Origin: Magallana gigas
Lineage: Eukaryota
DNA: 64,000 bases
Reading direction: 5' to 3'
Assembly (NCBI RefSeq): GCF_963853765.1
Contig: NC_088858.1
Span: 15,500,001 to 15,564,000 of the forward strand
Part shown: one piece after another, positions 13,401 to 27,000 of the stretch
Layout: each line of letters starts with the position of its first letter
Numbering within the stretch: the stretch's first letter is position 1
Position numbers and translations under genes: made by a program
Notes under the pieces: model-generated
Told to the model about the DNA's origin: nothing
Seen by the model: the letters and a program-made list of their open reading frames with translations, nothing else
Databases searched by the model: none

Positions 13401-14366
13401 GTGAAAAGAAATTGAGAAATTTGAGTTCACGAAAATTAGTGACTCTGGGATTGAAATAAAAAAAAAGCCAGCCAAGAAAGACGACTTACATTCAATCTTT
13501 CCCATGATTTATTGATCAAACGTTAGTTACGTAGCTTAATTTATTTTCGCCACGGCCTTTGAACCATCATTTCAAACAACCAGTAATATAATGTCCTTTT
13601 AGGACGACATAAGAACAGTTAACCTGGTATCAATCAATACATTTTTATTAGTGTAAACTGATTTGGAAATGAATGCCTTTATTTTTACAGTTTTCAATCG
13701 TTTGAGCATAGCTTTTTGTAAAATATGAGTACATAACGGTGTGCATTATTAAAAGCATGCATAAATCATAATGTGTTAGATTGAAATAATACGGTATTGA
13801 TTGATTTTTGATGTCGTCGTAAAAATATATGCCATTACGTGAACAGATTGAAAAAAAAAGTTATGATTATTTGTTTGCTCAAATGACGAAATTTATTGAC
13901 ACAACGACATCAAAAAATCATTTACATTCCATTATCGACAAAATCAATTATTTTATCAAACAAATCGGTAAAAACTGAAGATTACGAAGTAAATTAGTTA
14001 CAACAATAACAACTGTTTTCTGATACCGGTTGAAACTGGTAATTGTATATTGTTTTGAGATGATTGGAAATGTAATCCATGAAAAATTACTTTTGTGCCT
14101 TTAACAATATACCCAAATTTTGTTCAATAGTTGGTAAACATGGAGTTTTAATTATATGTGTATGAACAATATTTAAAACCAATAACATAGAAATCAATGT
14201 TTTGTAACTTCGTATGTGAATTACATGTATTTTCATTCGCAGTGATTTGGTTTTTTGCAATTAGAGGCCAATAAAAATCACAGACGTTGATGGAAAATAC
14301 AGTAAAATTATTGAAAAAAAAACCAAACTTTCACATGTTCATATATGCAAAGAAAACAAATCGGTA

Positions 14367-14627
14367 CAGTAAAAATATGATGTTCCATTTTAGGGTGCCA
14401 TTTTAGGCCTTTATAGAATTAAGTAAGATTATAAGCGTCCATCATCGATTTATAAGTGAGAAATTTAAAAGATCTTACAATTAATTTGCAAAAGGAATAG
14501 AGCTCAGGTCATGCTTTTGTTTGCAAATTACGTACTGAATAGAAAAAAACCCTAAGATTTAAAACAAAGGACTGTTTATGATTTGGACCTAAAATGGCCA
14601 CCTAAAATGAACATCATTATTTTACTG
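14367..14627. mobile_element. MITE-like element with ~45-bp imperfect TIRs (CAGT...ACTG)
   Basis: CAGTAAAAATATGATGTTCCATTTTAGGGTGCCATTTTAGG at the left end is the approximate reverse complement of CCTAAAATGGCCACCTAAAATGAACATCATTATTTTACTG at the right end. Confidence 0.6.
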
Positions 14628-14657
14628 GAATTATTTGTTTATATATATATAAAACGA

Positions 14658-14752
14658 AGTGCATGCTTGAACAAACACAATATTTTAATCAGAGATGTAT
14701 CTAGCCCAGGCTAATAAGTGACAAAAAAATTTTCCTTGTTCAAGCATGCACT
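14658..14752. repeat. 95-bp hairpin with perfect 17-bp arms (mini-MITE-like)
   Basis: AGTGCATGCTTGAACAA (14658-14674) and TTGTTCAAGCATGCACT (14736-14752). Confidence 0.7.
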
Positions 14753-16758
14753 CTATATTTCCCATTCATAAAAAGATAACAAAAATGTCAATTTTTGACC
14801 TTTTTTGATTGAATTATAGAATTAGCGTCACCTCTGACGTCATATACTGCAAGTGAGTGCAAATCAATCAATTAAATAGGTTAAAAATATATTTTACATC
14901 AAATCTTCTAAAATATAACATAAACAATATAACATAACATTTTTTGTACCAGAAACACTTTAAAAAATTGCAAATTATTGGAGCCAAATTTAACTCATAT
15001 CATATGCAGTTCAAAGAAGAAGTTTTGGTCGATTCTCCTGTCTCTCTTCAAATAAAATATCTTTAACAGACTAAATCTTCAGTTTTCAAACTATTCACAT
15101 CAGATAATACATTTGTAGTATAATAATATCCTTAAAGTAAATCCACCCTCCTGTGACGTCATACATTTTACATAAACCATGAATTCATTAAAATTCTTGC
15201 AAGTAGATTTGTAATTTCTATGTTATCATAGGTGCACATCAAAAACTCAAATTATTGTTTACTTGGAGATATTTAATAAGCTTTTTTCATCCTAATATTC
15301 GACATAATTCAATAATGACAAAGGGAAATAACTCTTTTCTACTTTTCTCCAAGTGTTATATCTAAATGCTATAATTTTTCTTATGTAAACAATTTTTTCT
15401 TTTTTTTAAAATTTATTTTAGTTTTCTAGCAAAGTAAGCAATAAAATTTAAATAGACAAACAAGTATCCATCCACTTATATTTAATTTTTAAACAAAAAA
15501 AGTGTGATTTTCAGATGATAATTTCAGCTTTTGGTTTTTATTACCTTAAATCTTAAATAGTATGGATACATATATATTTTATTCATTTTTTGATAAAATT
15601 CAAGTCCAATAAGTTAAAAAAAAGTTAAGTTTTTAACTTTGAACCCATTATTTTATAGGTACGGAGTTACCTTAAGGCTATGAATTGGTGTTAACTATTA
15701 AAAAATACATGTATATTGCCCTGCATGGTGTTGATTTAATTAAATTGATGTATAACGTGAATTCCTAAAGGGGTCTAATTTTGCATTGTTCTTTTCATAT
15801 GTATCCCTAAAAAAGAAAAAAATATATTAATGAAAGTGATAAGCAGTATGGTCAAGGAATATGACAAAAAATATGGTCAAAATACAACAACAACAATAGC
15901 AAAACTGAGAAAAAGGAAAATATATTTGTTTGAAATCTTACGAAAGATTTTCTTTAAGTAAGTCGTGAATTTTTAATGTGTAATAATCACTTTAAAAAAC
16001 GAGTTTGAAAAATTTTCTGACATTAATTTTGTTTCTGAATTGTCACTTAATTTGTATTTGCTAATATGTTTATCATTCATAGCTAATAGGCATATAAAAC
16101 AATTCGTTAACTTTGTTATATACATTTTGTACATATGTAGATGTTTTGGTAACTTTTTCAACACAAACGGAGTAAGCCAATAATATAAAACATAATGTAT
16201 AGTTTGCAAGTTTAAAGGTCTATATACATGTATACTATTAACATGCAATATACTCGCATAAGATACAACTGACATAGAATAAAATTGTGATATTTTATAA
16301 TTTGTCTTATAAAACTGATAATTTTTAGTTTCCATTAGCAAGCACTACTTTCAAAAACTACAGAATTTGAGATTGATTGAACAACTATTTTTAAGATATT
16401 GAATCTTTCAAGGTAAACAAAACAGAAAACTTGATATTTCGCAAACATTTTAAAATGTATAACTTATCAAAAGAAATGAAACAATAAATACTAAAAATAA
16501 AACTATAATAGTTTTTAATAACTTACAGCTCTAAAGAATAGATTCAATCCGTTTTTCTATAAAAGTATTTGAAAACCATCATATTTTTTCTTCATAACGT
16601 TTCTTCATAACATTTCGAGAAAATAGTTTTAAACAGTTACTAAAAAATTAATGACGTTCGATGAAAATCTAGAACACAAATATAATGCGCATTCAAATTT
16701 AATATTTTTGATGAATAATTAAAAACACGTTTCATTATAAAATGATGTTGGTGAAGGG

Positions 16759-16781
16759 TTACGTCACAGAAGTATATAAAA
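16759..16781 (+). promoter_or_regulatory. Promoter of cluster gene 2: TTACGTCA plus TATA box
   Basis: TTACGTCA at 16759-16766 and TATAAAA at 16775-16781, the same 8-nt spacing as gene 1. Exon 1 ends ...GATACAG|GTAAGA (donor 16843). Confidence 0.75.
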
Positions 16782-16996
16782 GGAGGAACTTCCAGTCCAC
16801 TAGTCAGGACATCATTCAGGGCCTCAGGGATTCAAGATACAGGTAAGATATAAACAACCATTGCAGCGCAATGTTCCTTATTGAAAAGATACGCTATTTC
16901 TATACATAGCTCTAAATCCATTAATGACTGCTCTTATCAAATATATGACGATATATGATGATGAAGTTATATTTCCTAAGTATTTGTATTGCAGTC

Positions 16997-17916
16997 ATGA
17001 TCCGCGCATGTGTTTTCCTTAGCATTTTGGCATTTGCCGTATCTGATTACGATAAGAAATACCATTATGGCACCAACATCTACCGTCCAGGAGGGTTTGG
17101 TAGAGGAAATCTTGGATTAAGTGGTCTTGGCGGGGGAAATCTTGGATTAAGTGGTCTTGGCGGAGGAAATCTTGGATTTAATGGTATTGGCGGAGGAAAT
17201 CTTGGATTTAATGGTATTGGCGGAGGACAATTTGGCTTAAGTGGTCTTGGCGGAGGAAATCTTGGATTAGGTAGTCTTGGCGGAGGAAATCTTGGATTAG
17301 GTAGTCTTGGCGGAGGAAATCTTGGATTAGGTAGTCTTGGCGGAGGAAATCTTGGATTAAGTGGTCTTGGCGGAGGGAATCTTGGCTTAAGTGGTCTTGG
17401 CGGAGGAAATCTTGGATTAAGTGGTCTTGGCGGAGGAAACCTTGGGTTTAGTGGTAACTTTGGTGGACTCCAAGTGGCAAGACGTTCATCTTTTGGGCCA
17501 GGAAGTGCAGCCTCGGCAAGTGCTGCTTCTTCTGGTGGATCTGCTGCTGCTTCAGCTGCTGCATCATCTTCATCCTTAGGTGGCTCAATATTCCCAGGAA
17601 GGGTTAACTCTTTTCCCCAACCGTACAGATTCCCTCAACAATATGGCTTTCCTGGCGGACAATATTACTTTCCTGGCGTACAATATGGATTAACCGGACA
17701 AGATGGCTTTTCTGGACAATATGGCTTCCCCGGACAAATCGGCTTTCCTGGACCGTTCAACTTTCCTGGTCAACAATCCCAGTACGGGATCAGTCCTCTC
17801 CCAAAGAGAAAGGTAAGAACAATGAAATCAATTTTTATTAAAACCTTTGTGTAAAAATTCGGACACATCAACATTTATTTGATATATATTTCATTCTTTT
17901 ATTACAGGTTTACTAA
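16997..17916 (+). CDS. Secreted Gly-rich silk-like protein, cluster gene 2 (274 aa; coding exons 16997-17812 and 17908-17916)
   Basis: Acceptor TTGCAG at 16994 and ATG at 16997. Signal peptide [16 protein letters not shown] then DYDKK. Twelve 10-aa [10 protein letters not shown]-type repeats, one Ala/Ser module and FPGQYG repeats. Donor at 17813 and acceptor at 17907 give GTT TAC TAA, so the C-terminus is KRKVY*. Confidence 0.9.
17099..17458 (+). repeat. 30-bp coding minisatellite, 12 units
   Basis: Consensus GGCGGAGGAAATCTTGGATTAAGTGGTCTT encoding [10 protein letters not shown] and variants. Confidence 0.9.
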
Positions 17917-18333
17917 AGAATATTCGGACAAGCACCCACTAGAAAATGGATCACTGGATACACAATGTTATTGTTGATTTCGGTTACTTGTTGGGGTTTT
18001 TCAATAAATATTATATGAGCATTCTTCATGGTCGATCTCGTGTTTTGATTTTACCTCATTTGTGTAAATTCCTTTTCTGCTTTTAAGCAAGCACTTTTAA
18101 ATGGTCTCGACTACACAGACATTTCTCTCTACTCTTTTTTGTATTGATGTTCAATAGGATTTTTATAACATGCGCGACTTTAAAACCAGTATTGGTGAAC
18201 ATTAAGCGTGGCCAGTAAAACATTTACTTAAACCGACGTGACTAAAAAATAAAAACTTACGTGAATAAAGCGAAAAATGCAAGATTAAGACAAAAGCGAA
18301 CATTTATTGTTGTAAGCATATAAATATAGAGGT

Positions 18334-19140
18334 AACTAGATACGACCTCGTTACGAGTAACGAGAAGGTCCTCCGTCCGATTTTAAAAAAAAATTAATTT
18401 AAATGATATCATGAAATATCGATACAATTTCAAAATTAACACCCCCTCCCCCGAAATTTTAAGATAATAAATAAAAATTCCCAATCACGTCAAACATGGG
18501 CCTGACGATGACTTCTTCAAACAGATATTGTAGCGATCAACAACTTTGATTCTATAATGCAAAACAAAATATTTATTGTTTCGACGTTATTCGTAATTGA
18601 TTTTACGAGTTTCTTGGTCCCTAAATAAAGAGGCCAGCCCCCTTTTCTTCATTTTGTTGGATAGAACTTTTGATTCTCTACTACTTTTGTTCTATATGTC
18701 TTAACAAAATATCAACCAATAAAAAGATGCTGATCAAATCGTATGAAAATTTTAATTCAAAATCTGTACCCCATTTACGTGGCTAAGGGAGCTCCAAGGA
18801 ATAGCGCCACTGGTGCAAAACAACTATATAGTGCACAACTTCAAACCATGGTCTACCTATCCTGAAAATTTCAAAGTCATATCTCTAATAGTTTCTGAGA
18901 TCAGCTCTGCACAAAACTGGTCGTAAAAAAATAAAAAATCTACCGTAAATCCGGACCGGAAGTGAGGACGAAAAAAAATTTCAAAAACATATAAAATTCA
19001 GATAATGTCCCATCATCTGTGAAAAAATTGTCGACATCAGTTAATTGTTGTTTTTGAGACATCGCGTGCACAAAATTTGGAAAAAAAAATAAACACTACG
19101 AAAAGAATATCGTCTTCCGTTGGAAACGGAGGACCTGAAT
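18334..19140 (+). mobile_element. Helentron/HINE-like non-autonomous element
   Basis: Starts AACTAGATACG. An 11-bp subterminal inverted repeat AGGTCCTCCGT (18366-18376) / ACGGAGGACCT (19126-19136) is present, plus a short 3' hairpin CCGTT-GGAAACGG. Confidence 0.55.
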
Positions 19141-19444
19141 AAACAAACGCAATTGAGTAATAAAGATAATCAAAGTACTTAGGTACTGAGGGGAGTTGGT
19201 TTTATCGATTATCATTTATTTTAAAATAAACTTATTTTGCATGGCAATTAGTTTCTAGTCTGTATTTGAATTACGCACTTGTTTATTATATGAATTTTTA
19301 GACTTTTCCGACAAGAATTTCGAGAAACCCCATATGAATCAAGTTGTGTAATATTTAAAGATAGATTTCAAATTAAACTATATATTAGTAATCGAAACAA
19401 TTCTAAAAATCGTATGGTTCCAAGCACTATTGATATCGAACTCT

Positions 19445-19517
19445 AGTCTCGTTTAACTAGACCTCTCTGCTTGTCGGAGAATTACGGAGACAGCCGAGCG
19501 TCTGGTTGAACGAGACT
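19445..19517. repeat. 73-bp mini inverted-repeat element
   Basis: AGTCTCGTTTAACTAGAC / GTCTGGTTGAACGAGACT, 18-bp arms with 2 mismatches. Confidence 0.6.
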
Positions 19518-19554
19518 TTATTATATATATATTTATTAAAATTATAAAGTTCTT

Positions 19555-19705
19555 TTTTCGTGAATGTTGCAGGATAACCTCCTCGGTCTCGAAATGTTGC
19601 TTGAAATGTTGCTTGAAATATAAAAGCCTCGGCTAACGCCTCGGCTTTTATATTTCAAAACAATATTTCTCGACCTCGGAGGTTATTCTGCAACATTCAC
19701 GAAAA
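19555..19705. repeat. ~150-bp palindromic element
   Basis: Outer arms TTTTCGTGAATGTTGCAGGATAACCTCC / GGAGGTTATTCTGCAACATTCACGAAAA and inner arms TTGAAATATAAAAGCC / GGCTTTTATATTTCAA. Confidence 0.7.
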
Positions 19706-20880
19706 CTCGTACTTTATTTCTTAAATAAAATGCAAATAACCCCAGAACTTTGCTGACAAACAAAATAGAATCATTGCTAAATTTCATGTCTCATAAACAG
19801 TATGCTTAATAAGTGAACCGTTCTTTTTTAACACAATTTTTTTATTTAACGATTAAAATCACATATGAAATAATTTAACAATTGTAAACTAATAACATCA
19901 ATATTTATCGCCTAATTTGGTTGTTCTACACATGTCTTTAATGTTTCGTTGTGCATTCTCGTAAGATAGGAACTACAATTTTCAATATAGTTATAAACTT
20001 TAGCCAAAGTAAATTGTTATATATTTTACAATTATAGACTTCATTTTAGGTCAATATGTTGTTAGATGGACTCATGTCAAGTGATATCGACCGAAGACAC
20101 AGAAAGTAATATCGACCGAGCTTGCTATTAATTGACGTCGATATCACTTAACATGGGTTATTTAACCACATATCGACCGTAAAATGAAATCCAAAATAGT
20201 TATATTATATAATAACTCGCAGCACAGTAATGGTTGTCATGAAATTCTTTGATAGACCAAAAACTTTGAAAAATCTAAATTTTGACGTAAAAATAATCTA
20301 CAGTTTTTTAAAATACTTTGATAAATCATCAACTAGCAATTTAAGATATCTATTTTTTTATAATGACCACTAGCATATTACAACATTTTCAGTGCTATCA
20401 TTTATTTAGAAAATCCTGCAAATTGAATAAATAAAAGCGAAAGGCCGATCTCGCTTCACAGTTAAATAAGACGTCATCTGCCTCTTGATGACGCACTATT
20501 TGAACAGATAGCAGGGTATAAATAACAGTTTTAAAACAAAGAAAAATTATTTTGTTCCACCGTCGATTCCTTCCCTAGTAGGACAATTATTTCTATGTAG
20601 ACGACTTTCTTTACCAAAGAGGAATAAAAAAAATTTAAAAATGCCAAAACGGAAACACTTTTTATTTGGAAAAAATTGAGTTTCATACGTTCGTCATAGT
20701 TTTACTTTCAACTTTTCAAGCGGGCTTTGAAACAAAAGCCGCCACGATTTTTCAATCTCGGCTATGACAAACTACTGTGTATGCAGCAAGTGGGCATGCC
20801 ACTTAAAATTGTAAATTTGCATAGATTATTTTCTAAGTTGATGGTCCCTCGTCGCGAATCATTGCCAATATATCCTTTAC

Positions 20881-20884
<4 letters not shown>

Positions 20885-20920
<36 letters not shown>
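20885..20920. repeat. (AG)n microsatellite
   Basis: Uninterrupted AG run of about 18 units. Confidence 0.95.
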
Positions 20921-20923
<3 letters not shown>

Positions 20924-23520
20924 CAATCTTAAGATGTACATTTGACCATACCTTGGCTACTGACATTACCCATTGTCGGTGTTCCATTTTAGGATTTTCA
21001 TGATTTTGAGAAGTTCCCTTTTTTGGCAAGATTTTTTTTTAGACGAGGTTGCCCCTACCCCCACCCACACACACACTTTCAAAAACGATGGTACGTGCCT
21101 TTTTGAAAGTCAAATTATTCAATTGGCGTAATTTGGTATAATATGACACAGCATAAATTGCTAAATGTACGTCATTTACTTTTCCACCTTCTAAAACTTT
21201 ACGTTACCATGCAAAAGAGCAGTACCGGAGTGACAGTGAAGGGGTTTACTATTTTATTTATCATTTCTAGAAACTTTTATCGTTATATGTCTAGAATTGT
21301 ATAATTCAATCATTTACTTGGCATTCAGTTTTATTGCTCATAAGCTGATTAATTTTATGTACCTGAAGAACAAACACCTTAAAAAAGAGAAAGAAATGAT
21401 AATGATTTATTATTCAACACAAATTAAAATAAGAAAGGATGCATTGTGGTAACTAAATGAATAGTACAGGTGTACTTTATTCTTGTTCTTCTTCAAAATA
21501 TGCAGAATTAAAGAATTTGCTAGCCGACTTGGATCGTCTTTTTTTGCTTTAACAGCAATCTACAAAAAATAGAATATCATATATTACTATTCTCTTGTAC
21601 AATGTTTCCGCAATATCCTAGTAGTGGATATTGCATTACATAAACTGTTAAGGATATATACATATATTTGGGTGAATCGTGTGCAAAACTGAGAGAAAAT
21701 CTTCATATTTACTATCAGAAAACTGTGCATACTAAATGAGCATTCTTAATTTTAAGTCAGTTCCTAATAATTAGCAAAAGTATCAGGGAATAAATTTTCA
21801 AGATGATATCAAATATAATCAAGTAGATGAAACTAAATTTTATGCATGTGCAAGAAAATTAGAAAGCAGCACGACTTTAAAAGAAGACATAATTTCAAAG
21901 AACATATTACGATTGGTCAGGTAACATTGTGTGTGTATATATTGGAAAACATTTAGAACATTTAGAAAATAACATATATTCCATCAAGGGAAATGATCTT
22001 GGCATTGGTCATAATTATCAAAGTTTTGATTACATATTATCGCTGAATGAATGAAATCTTGCTTACACCTTGATTTGTGCTGAGTAATGGTATATTGCTG
22101 ATTCTGAATTATGTGAGTTAATGTCTCTGGTGTGATCCATAACTTGTCTCGTCTGAAATGCATGTCACCATGCAAAGTCCCTGGGTCCTGTAAATAAACT
22201 CCACTATACTGTTACTTCAAGATAACATCGAATTCTATATTGTGTTTTGGTTGAAAGGCATTTCTGCAAAATCAAGATATTGTACAATAATATTTAACCA
22301 TGATCACACCAAATGCCATGCCACTTTATTAAAATGTTTATGAAGAGGTACATTGAGAAATGCGCAAACTCAAATTTATACTAACCTATTGAAAAAAATA
22401 ATTTTTTTTACTGCCACACACAAAATATGATATAAACATATTTTTCTTGATTTTTTCTACCAGGTATTCAAAATGTGAAAATTCATTAAGGGAATTGACA
22501 GCTTTATAGTAGCAAAACATTATTTTTAATTTTTATGACTTAAATGAAATGAATCTAAGCATTAAATTTATCATAAATATATTATGCGCATTTCTATCGA
22601 ACACAGCAACCAAAAAATACAGTTAGAAAGATAGCCATATATTCTGTTTTCAAATGTTAACATATATCAATTTAATTTTTACTGTCCAGTGTGTTTAACA
22701 AATCATTCTTTAGATACACGAATAAATCTGATGCTGACTCTTTAAAACCGTCAGAGTTGTAATTACAATTATCCAATGTTTCTATAGTATATAAATAAAC
22801 GCTAAGTCTAGATAACATACATGTACAAATTTATCCATACATATTTTCATGAACCTATTGCTTCATCCCCGATTCAAATTTTTCTAAATATTTTTTTTTG
22901 CTTTTAACAACCTGTTAATGTATCTTTAAATCACCATATCCGGTTATTTCATAAAAAGGGTGAACAATTAACTTTTTACATAGATGCATACTGAGTATAT
23001 TGTTTTAAAAATTTTGTTCAGAAGAAAATGTTTATCAAGTTTATAACGGGGACTTCACACAGTAATGTTAATAAAAAATAAGCACGCAAGCAAAATATTA
23101 CATAAACAAGAGTTTAAATAACTTTATTCTGACATCTGTAAATTATCTATATACATTTACTTTACCTTTCCATGCAATTTAAAGAAATATGCATAAAAAT
23201 TCAACTTTTTCGTGATTCAAACCCCATCTAAAATGTAAGACACGGTTTAAATCCATTCTGACTGCGTTACCTCGACTAATCTAGACATGAACTACAGAAG
23301 GTATTAATGATTTTTTCCAAAAGTCAGATTTATTAGGAATATGCCTCTTTGATACAAAAATCGGAAATGGCAGTTTTCATGAAATTGTTTTACTCTAAAC
23401 GTTAAGTTTAAATTAATTTTGTTTCAAAGAAGCAGTTTTTCACAATGATGAGGATTCTTTTAAAAATAGCGTGAAATCTGGCACAATCATAAATCGGTTA
23501 TGGATATCTCTAAAATCCTC

Positions 23521-23523
<3 letters not shown>

Positions 23524-23570
<47 letters not shown>
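23524..23570. repeat. (TA)n microsatellite
   Basis: Uninterrupted TA run. Confidence 0.95.
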
Positions 23571-23573
<3 letters not shown>

Positions 23574-23589
23574 GTTCCAGTAAATGTTT

Positions 23590-24035
23590 TACCAAACATT
23601 TCTCTTTACTCCTTACTAAAATTCTTACAGTAGTGAAGGAGAAACTTCAAGAGTACTGCACAATAATATACCTCAGAAGTGGTGTGATACTAAAAAACTC
23701 TAAAGAATTATTAGAAACCTTGAGGTCAAAAAATCTTACAAAAATCAATAGCATCAAAACGTACTATTTTTCAACGCTTTATACAACCATTCCCCATGAA
23801 AAATTAAAATCTAGGCTTTTTGATATCACAGACAGTTGTTTCTTCAATAAAAATGGAAGTCAAGTCGTAAAAATGCTTACCTTGTCATTTGAAATCCAAT
23901 AATTTGTTAAAAGCCATTCTGATTGCACACAAAAGTACTTTGAAGTTGACATTAAAAAGATGCTTGAGTTTCTGATAGACATCATCTATATAGTTTTTGG
24001 AAATCAGGTCTTCCAACAATATGTTGGATTCCCAA
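23590..24035 (+). mobile_element. Degenerate Penelope-like retroelement RT fragment
   Basis: LLLTKILTVVKEKLQEYC..LKNSKELL..SIKTYYFSTLYTTIPHEKLKSRL and MLEFLIDIIYIVFGNQVFQQYVGFP resemble PLE reverse transcriptase motifs (DFSTLYTTIPH; FQQxxGIPMG). The frame is broken by a stop and the fragment is truncated. Confidence 0.7.
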
Positions 24036-27000
24036 AAGTCAGTACAAACTTTCCAATTAAAATTCTATACTGCTTTACATACAACAAAGCATCCAAAAAA
24101 ATTCACATCCAATTCTGTAACTTTGATATATCCATCTTATCTCGGAAAACTAGCATAGTAACTGCAACACCCACTTTAAAAACCATTTTACAGAGGTAAA
24201 CCTAGAATTCTTGCAAATATGTGATTTTTGACATTGTGTTCGGAATAACTTTAGTAAGTATTGGGATCGGTATTTATTTAGTAATTTGTTTCGTCGCAAT
24301 TCTGGTTCAATTTCATTTGTTAATTATGTTTGTTTCACAATTGCTTCATAAAATTAAAACCTATATCAAATCCATATAAATGTACATATATAAACCTCGG
24401 ATTTTATAAGTTCGAAAAACATACTTTTTAAGATTTGCAATTTCAACGAATTCCTTTTTAAATTATAATTGTTTGATAATTGTTTTATGATACTAAAACG
24501 TATAATTTATCCATGCACAGAATATTAACAATTCTCAATTTATATAAATAAAGATAATACGTTTCTGAAAAAAAAATATGTAAATGTTAAGATCTTACAT
24601 TGGTTTCTTGTTTTTAAACAGATTTAAATCTGGGAACTTTTTAAATCCATCAAAGGATTCATGTTTATTGGTGTTTTGAGCCATCATTTTTGGATACGGG
24701 GCCGAATAGCAACATAAAAAATGTCTTGTCCCACATTGCAAATTTTAACAAAATATGAAATAAAAACATATTAATTTTATTATAAAAAGATAATTGCTAT
24801 AAACATTGGCTCCTATATTTGATAAATTTTACTGCGTTGGGAAAATATTTAACGTATATCTTTTACAAAATGTAATTCAAATTCACAAGAGTATGCAAAC
24901 AATAGGAAATGAAGCTATGCATATTATCGTTTACCATTATTTATGTTAGTTTAGTTTTCAAAATGTTATAATTGACAAGTTTGTCACTCATTCTAATGAA
25001 CTTTCCTTCTTTTTACAGTAGCTGAACACATCCATAATAATATTTTTGATTTATAACAGTATTAACGGTATTCCTAAAATTAATATCTAAAATTGGTTGA
25101 CTGATATAATTCCTAAATAAATTCATATAAATTAATAAAGAATATTAGGAGAAAGGGTAAAATAAAATGATTTATTTGGTTAAGATAATTACTGGTTAAT
25201 ATTTTACTTATATTGAAGCTGAACGTAATTTGAAATGCTTACATCTAATATTGATTTATCAAACTTATTATGCTAGTTGATTTATAGGGATAATTTTGTT
25301 TATTTTTTATTTAAAATTTTTTTTTTATCATACCCCTTTTAATAAATTTGGATCAGCTCAAATATAAAAATTTCTTGAATATATTTAATTCTTTATGAAA
25401 GTGAAATTTCGATTACAATTTATCTAAGAGTGTTTGTCGAATTTTTCATATTAAAGATCAACAATAGCATTTAAAATTTAAAAATAGTATTGTAATAAAA
25501 ATTGAATTTTCCTGACTAGTGTTATCAGTATATGTATGTAGTGTTATACGTTAGTATGCAATTATTAACAACAAATGTATGCCTTTAGATAAATTGCTAT
25601 ATCCATTTTTTTGCGGTTTTATTTAACCCTTCTCCCCCCCCCCCCCCCCAAAAAAAAAAGAAAAATAAAGATATTGATTATTCCGAGACTTATATTGTCA
25701 TTATATTGTAAAATCACATATCAAAAGAAACATTTCATTAATTTATCTAATAATGTATTAGTCTGTCGAACCACCTGTTCCAAGCTTTAGTTTTAAATGC
25801 GAAATTAGACTTGCATTGAGAAAACAATAAAACAGATGGTATCACGTTTTGTGAATGAAACGAGATTCGTAAATGTTGTTTGTAATTTTAAAAATTCTGT
25901 AAGTGTATGCAGTGTAGTAATCGTGTATTATTAAGAAATATTCGTTTGACAATTTAAAGATTAATTGGATTGTTTGCAAAAAAAAGAAAATGGCCCATCT
26001 TTGAAAAATAGTTAACGGACATGCAAATATTTTTTGATGAGTCGGCGAGAGGTGTTTGACACATGTCAGATGTAAGGCAAGAACGTTTAAAGAAGGTTGT
26101 CAAATGTTAATTATCTGTCGAAAACCTGAAAGTTTTATGGAGGTTGATGACTCTGTACTGACACAAGAATTGGGGATTACCCATTTTTACTTGGAAGGAC
26201 TCAGTTTCTTAATACAATGTTTTAACCAATGAGAGGAAATGATCAACTTCCATTACATTATATTATTAAGAATTGCTAGTTAGATATGGGTCTTTGTTCC
26301 TTTAAAAGAACAGTGTCGCCTAATATGAATATGCGACTAATAGGTCCAATGAGCCAAGTGCAGTTTAGATTAATGTTTTATATGTTTACAGTATAAATTA
26401 CAATGTTTATAATAATGCACAGTGTCCCAATAATAAACAATTACATGTACTTACTATTACTTACTGTATGTAAAATGTAAATGTATCGGAAAATGTCTGT
26501 ATGAAAGAAAGATTAAAAGTTGCAATGCGGGATTGATTTTTAAAAAGGGTAAAAAAAGAAAATGAAAACGCGGGACTTTGTAAAAACAATATTTTGCTTA
26601 AAAAAGACATAATGACACTTACATGTTTTAATTTTATAAAATGTGTGATTATTGATATATTGACACACAATATACTTCCACGAGAACACTCAAATTCAAC
26701 TCGTTTAAAGTGCAGTTAAATAAATTTAAGGTATATGGATTAAGTTTAATAATTTTAAGCATTAAAGTATAAGTTTTAATATAAATAAAATGAAGGCAAA
26801 GTGTAAAGAGATGATTTATTAAAATTTAAATTCAAAAAGGAAAGAAAAGATATATATTTATAATTACATGTAATTACATGTGTGTACAGGTTCACTCCAA
26901 ATCTTAACTCCATCAGTTAACTTGGTTGCAGAAGTCTCTTGATCAATTTGTATTTAAAAGATTTAAAAACAAAAGTGTACATAAATTTTAATACATAAAC

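Noticed and set aside
17099-17458. Regular 30-bp and 21-bp repeats as a possible CRISPR-like array
   Set aside because: The units are contiguous without unique spacers, in frame within eukaryotic CDS, and there are no cas genes.
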